A program made the translations under genes and the position numbers. Positions 58,484-64,000 of a stretch of DNA of 64,000 nt are shown piece after piece (the first letter of the stretch is position 1; each line of letters starts with the position of its first letter). This DNA comes from Piromyces finnis finn. Lineage: Eukaryota > Fungi > Neocallimastigomycota. The stretch spans positions 868,001 to 932,000 of the forward strand of contig MCFH01000011.1 in NCBI GenBank assembly GCA_002104945.1, written 5' to 3'. Below the pieces are notes generated by a model. That model was not told the DNA's origin. It saw nothing but the letters and a program-made list of their open reading frames with translations, and did not search any database.

Positions 58484-59951
58484 AATTTTAACAATTATTA
58501 TTACTATTATTTTTTTTATCATTATTATTTATATATACATACATATATATATTTTAAAGAAAATGAGGATTTATTGTATGAATTTTATTATAAAAGTTTA
58601 TATAATATGATTATTATAATAAAATTAATTGATGGGCTTATTATAAAATAAATAAAAAGAATACTTAATTTGATTCAGACACTTAAAGGGTTAGAATAAA
58701 AGAAAAATATAAGTTTTTTAGCGATAAACAATTTGAGTAATGTTCATAAACCACTTATTTATATATATGTCTTTTCTATATCATTAATGATATTATTAAT
58801 AATATTCACAATATATTTCTTATTAGAATATATAAATTTGGTTTTAATTAAAAAAAAATAATATAATCACCACAGTACAATTTAATTTGTATTATTTTAT
58901 TCAAAATTTAAATCTTTTTAACCATCTATATATTAAAATTTTTAATAAGGAATAACAATGTATTTTATTTTACTATTCAAAATTAACTAAAATTATAGTT
59001 AAGAATGTATGGTAGTTAAAAAGTAAATTTATCATTTATTAACATTTATAAAAACATGGTAAATGAAATAATCTGATAATCAAAAGTTACACATAAAAGT
59101 ATAATTAGTATTATTTCCTTCTTTTAACTATAAATAGGTTTATATAAGATTCATTTTATTCATTTCTTTTAAACACCAAACTATAAAACGGAAATGACTA
59201 CACTTTTATTCTTTAAATAAACTATAGTATATTATTTGTATTTATACTTATATATGAAAATTTGTATTTTTACAACTTTTTAACCAATAATAAAAAGTTA
59301 TTGAATATAAAAATGGTTAAAACACAAAATTAAAAAATGAATTTAGTATGGAGTTCAATTAATACTAAAGTGCTATTCATGATTCTTTAATAAATTATAT
59401 GTAGTATCAAAGTGTTATTAATGATATAATCTATTTCTCTAAAGTAAATAATGTGAAACTCTCTCTTATATTCGTGTGTATATAACAAAAAAGACAGTTA
59501 AATATTACATATAAATAATATACACTCATATTATTTATTATTGTTTTATTTTATTTTATTTTTTTTTTTTAATAGATTATCGAATGAAATAATATTTTTA
59601 ATTATTACAACGAAACGAAAACGTAAATATATATATTTTATCTTTTATTATTATTATTATTATTTTTTTTTTTTTTTTTTTTTTTTTTTTGTGAATGTAG
59701 TTAAATTTATAATTATAAAATAAAAAGAAATTATTACATTTCTTTCTTCTTATATATTATATTATATTATATTATATTATATTGTACAATTGCCACTTCC
59801 TTTTATACTATTATTGTTGTTATTATCGTAGAGTTGATTATAAGGTTTAATAATTACTATTAATAAAAATATTTATGTTTATATATCTTATATTTTATAA
59901 CTGTTTTTTTTTTTTTTAAAAAAAAAAAATTATAATGTAATATTCATTGAT

Positions 59952-60977
59952 TTATGAAGCATCTTGTGGATTTTGAATAACAATAAGAATATATTCCTTA
60001 TCTTTTTATTTTATCAAGAAAAAGGGAAATGAAAATTATAAATTTATTTAAAAACAAAATATTATATATATAAAAATAAAAAATAAATATTTAAAAAAAT
60101 CATTAATGTTTTCATTAATAAGAATTTAAAATACTTTTTATTATTATTTATTAATCCAATCTTACCTGGAGCAACCATAATTTCGTGTTTCTTTGACCTT
60201 ATTCTTAAGAAAGTTAAATCATTCTATATTATTGTAATTTATTATTATTATCATTATTATTTTATTTTTGTTGTTTCATTTTATTTTTGTATAGATCATG
60301 TAATATATTTATTATTTAGTGATTCATAAATAAAAAATATAAAGAATGCATTAATATTTTATTATAACTTAAATAAATAATAACAAATGTATCATTTATT
60401 TTAAAAGTAAATAAATATATATATTTATATATACTTGTGGATCAAGATCTCTAACAACGCTTCTAGCCTTTGAGGCTAATTGTGTAATAAGAGCTGAATA
60501 TTGTACAGTTAAATTATTATCGATAGTGGAACGAATTGGGATACCATCACTATTCACTATAACAATACCTTCAACACCTTTATGAGATTGTAATCTTTTA
60601 ATAGTTTCTTCAACTTCAGACTAATTAAATAAATGAATGATTATATTTTAATTTAAAAAGAAAAAGAAAAGAAAAAAAAAAAAAAGAAAACGTGATTTAT
60701 AAAATGATGACAATCAATAAAATATGTTGTTTTGATGAGAATTGGCCATTTATCATGAATATATAAAAAAAAAAAAAAAAAGAGTGAATCCATTTATAAA
60801 TTACATATCATATATGAACAATTAATATAAAAAAGAAAAGTATGTTAATAATTTTGTATTGAGTTATTTTCTTTTGCTTTTATTTTTTTTTTTATTTTTT
60901 TTTTTTTTAAATGAATCTTTCTCAATAATAAAAATAAATATAAATAAATATTATAAAAGATTTTATAGTTTTACCAT
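59952..60977 (-). CDS. DYNLRB: Dynein light chain roadblock-type, 98 aa, 4 exons (60975-60977, 60435-60620, 60166-60223, 59952-60001)
   Basis: [73 protein letters not shown]. All junctions are GT-AG. The ATG-only first exon is inferred. Confidence 0.93.
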
Positions 60978-61794
60978 TTTTTGAGTAGTTTAATAAAATA
61001 AATGGTTTATATATAAAGTGTCTTTTTTTTTTTTTTTACTTTAAAAGCTAAATATTAATTTGTATAATGTTTTATTTATATAAATATACTTTATAAAAAA
61101 AAAAATACTTTATTTTTGTTTTATATTAATTATTATTATTTTCTATTTAATAGCATTTATTTAATAAAAAATATTTAATTTAAAATATTTTTTTAAAAAA
61201 TTAATATATTAAAATTTTTCTTTTAAATGAAAATTTTATTTTATATATAAAAGTGCTTTGTTTTTATTTATATATATAATTCGAACATATAAACTGTATA
61301 AAATATGAATTTTTCATAATAATAAAAGAAAAAAAAAAAAAACAATTAAAAATAGAAAAGAAAAAAAAAAAAACTTTGTTAATTTTTATTTCAATATTTT
61401 ATTAAGTTCTTTATAGATTATCAATTGCTTTTTAATCTGTCATTGTTTCCTGGTATTAAAAAATAAAAAATACTTAATTCCATAAAAGTATGAGTTAGAT
61501 AATAAGTATAATCATTTGTTATTAATAAAAAAAAAATATAATAAATATTATAATATTAAATAATAATATTAATAAAAACATAAAATATAAATAAAATTAA
61601 GAATGCAATGTTGTTTTGTAATGATATTATAAATAAATTAATAAAATTAGTGTTATGTTATTTTTCAAAAAAAAAAAAGTAGGGGTTAAAAAAAAAAATA
61701 GTATATATTGATGATGTTAATGATATTAGTTGCTTTTTAAAGTTGACTAATGAAAAAAAAAAAAAAATAATTTTAATATTTAGTATTATTGAAA

Positions 61795-64000
61795 TTAGAT
61801 TGATGAATCTTCAACCAATGAAAGATAGGTATAATCTAAATGTTGTTTATACATTATACGATCCGTTTCCGATAGATTTGGATCTTGTAATTTATGTTCT
61901 AAATAGTTAATCATTTTTTTATGATCTTTTAATTTTTCAATTTGAGCTTCCATCTTATGGCTGACATTTGAGTCAGGTGACTCACCGCTATGAGATACCA
62001 TAGATAAGCATTCCTGTGGAAATGCACCAATACAATTGGTTGTTTTATTTTTACCTACACGCCATCCATCATTAAAATATTGCATTATTTCAACAACATC
62101 ACCAATATTTAATTCTATTTCACTCTCATTTTGTGGTATATACTTTTGTTTACATACATAATAATATAGAGTTTGATAATTAGTTATGTTATTATTTTCA
62201 GTTTTAGAGTTAGTATCATTTGAATTTAAATTACTATGTATAGATATATTACCATTATTTGAGAGTCCTGAATTGTCAACATATGATTTATTATTTACAT
62301 GTAATGATGAACTTGAAGTCATTGAATGAATTGACTTACGAGATAAATTATTCTTATTCTTTTGTTGGCGTTGTTGAATAAGTTGATTGGTGTAAGAAGT
62401 TTCATTGTTTGAATTATATTGATTCATTTGTGATGGTAAATGTGAAGAAGGATAGGGTTGTGAATTACGTGGATAATACGTTGGACTATATATGTCATCT
62501 GCTGTTAATCCTCCGCTTGATTGATTACGCTTATTTAGTATCTGTTCATTAAAATTACTACTAATACTATTATTACTACTATTGCTTTTATTACTATTAT
62601 TATATGAAAAATCATTCAAAAAGTTTCTATTGTAAGGTATGGATAAATGGTTATTCATTTTATAACTTGAAGTTTTAGTGGTTAATACAGGTTGAGTCGT
62701 CACTATTGGTGAGAAACTACCGACTTCTCTTGGATCAGGTTGATTAAATGGTATTGCAATTGCAGGGAGTTCAAATGGTGAAAGTGGTGGAATAGTAACA
62801 ACTGTAACCGGTGGCTTTTGATTTTCATAATCATCTTCTTCACGTTCATAATTAATATTTGGAATATGATCTTCCATTTGTTCTTCATCTTCATTTTCAG
62901 ATGGAGTTGAAACTGAACGTTGATGATGATGATGGTAACTTTCAATGGAATCTTCATCTTCCTGGTAATATTGATCTTTTTCTTCATCTTCTTCACAATT
63001 CAGCATGTTTTCATTAATATTATTAAAATTATCATAATTTTTGGAAATATTATGATGATTGTCTTCTTTTTCTGATGTTTCTTGAAGATTTTCATATGGT
63101 GATGAAGTAAATGATTGTTTTGAGAATGAATAATTTTGTGATTGATGAAGTGAGTTTGAATTAGAATGATGATGTTCTTGTTCCGTTTGTAATTTTGGTT
63201 CACTATATTCTCTTGTTTTATAATATTCCTCTAGATAATCTTCATCTATAGGTGGTTCACTAAGATTATCTTCGTGACGATGATGGCTATCAAGTTTGGT
63301 AGGTAAACTATGCTCTGTTCTTCCTTCCATACTATTCTTTTTGTAACTTTCATTCAATGATGGGGTAAAATGAGGGAGAGATGAAGATGATGAAGAAATA
63401 GATAATGAAGAAACAATACTATTCTTTTCTTCCAATGTTTCCTTATATTCTTCAACTTTATTGTAGAATGGCATCTTTTCATAGTAGGATGAATTTACAT
63501 AATAAGGTTCTTGATAATATTCTTTTTCCTTTCCATTATAATCAGACGCTGCTATGGAGGATGAAGCAAGAATATCAAAATTATTTTCTTTTGTTCTCTC
63601 TTTCTCTTCATTCACATATTTATTAACGGTAATATTATTGATGCGTTCATTAACAGTAGGATCAAAATTATTTATTGGTACATTGTTTAATTGTAATGAT
63701 TTTATACTATATTTGCTGATGTTGGTAGTTCCATGTGTACTTGAATTTCCATTAACATTTGACTGTGAGTATGACAATGAATCTAAAGCATTGTTATCAT
63801 GATTTGTATTAGTATGTAAATTTGGAATATAATAGGATTTAGGATGATGCATTTGTGATTGGCTTTCATTTGATATTTCATTCTTTTCTTCTTTTGATAT
63901 CTTGTTTAATGAAAGATCATCAGCAACTGGAAGTTGATCTTCTAATGGTAATTGATCAAATGATTGATAAGTTTCTCTTTTTCCCTTTTCCGGTAAAGCA
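61795..64000 (-). CDS. SH3-domain protein with low-complexity N/S/E-rich body; 5'-partial
   Basis: The frame stays open from 63852 to the window edge. SH3 motif KYIPQNESEIELNIGDVV..DGW..G..GAFP near the C-terminus. Confidence 0.8.
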   Translation of the reverse strand, partial: ALPEKGKRETYQSFDQLPLEDQLPVADDLSLNKISKEEKNEISNESQSQMHHPKSYYIPNLHTNTNHDNNALDSLSYSQSNVNGNSSTHGTTNISKYSIKSLQLNNVPINNFDPTVNERINNITVNKYVNEEKERTKENNFDILASSSIAASDYNGKEKEYYQEPYYVNSSYYEKMPFYNKVEEYKETLEEKNSIVSSLSISSSSSSLPHFTPSLNESYKKNSMEGRTEHSLPTKLDSHHRHEDNLSEPPIDEDYLEEYYKTREYSEPKLQTEQEHHHSNSNSLHQSQNYSFSKQSFTSSPYENLQETSEKEDNHHNISKNYDNFNNINENMLNCEEDEEKDQYYQEDEDSIESYHHHHQRSVSTPSENEDEEQMEDHIPNINYEREEDDYENQKPPVTVVTIPPLSPFELPAIAIPFNQPDPREVGSFSPIVTTQPVLTTKTSSYKMNNHLSIPYNRNFLNDFSYNNSNKSNSSNNSISSNFNEQILNKRNQSSGGLTADDIYSPTYYPRNSQPYPSSHLPSQMNQYNSNNETSYTNQLIQQRQQKNKNNLSRKSIHSMTSSSSLHVNNKSYVDNSGLSNNGNISIHSNLNSNDTNSKTENNNITNYQTLYYYVCKQKYIPQNESEIELNIGDVVEIMQYFNDGWRVGKNKTTNCIGAFPQECLSMVSHSGESPDSNVSHKMEAQIEKLKDHKKMINYLEHKLQDPNLSETDRIMYKQHLDYTYLSLVEDSSI

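Noticed and set aside
60158-60172. U1 snRNA-like CTTACCTGG
   Set aside because: It is the reverse complement of the DYNLRB exon 3 donor (CCAG|GTAAG).

Overview
Very AT-rich eukaryotic DNA with short GT-AG introns. Fungal non-catalytic dockerins fused to a CotH kinase point to an anaerobic gut fungus (Neocallimastigomycota; inference). Host genes lie at both ends: dockerin x3-CotH (2953-5428), an Rtt106-like chaperone, an RFWD3-like RING-WD40 ligase, dynein light chain roadblock, and a 5'-partial SH3 protein. Between ~16.0 and ~58.5 kb is a retroelement island whose history can be read from target-site duplications (TSDs). An old gag-protease ORF (X) is split by ~27 kb of chromoviruses: family A as a tandem dimer with 3 LTRs and one TSD, and family C with family B inside its 5' LTR. 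All three show Tf1-type self-priming sites and a TCG..CGA hairpin just before the polypurine tract (PPT). B has a textbook -1 frameshift signal, and the A LTR contains a tRNA-like A-box/B-box/oligo-T unit. Five TSD-flanked solo LTRs and a copia relic lacking RT follow. The most unusual object is a ~1970-aa ORF (55521->49245 after removing a solo LTR) with coiled-coil, capsid-like Gag, protease, RT and RNase H. It has a coiled-coil tail in place of integrase, and I see no LTRs, tRNA primer site or recombinase around it. All coordinates were counted by eye and no database searches were run.
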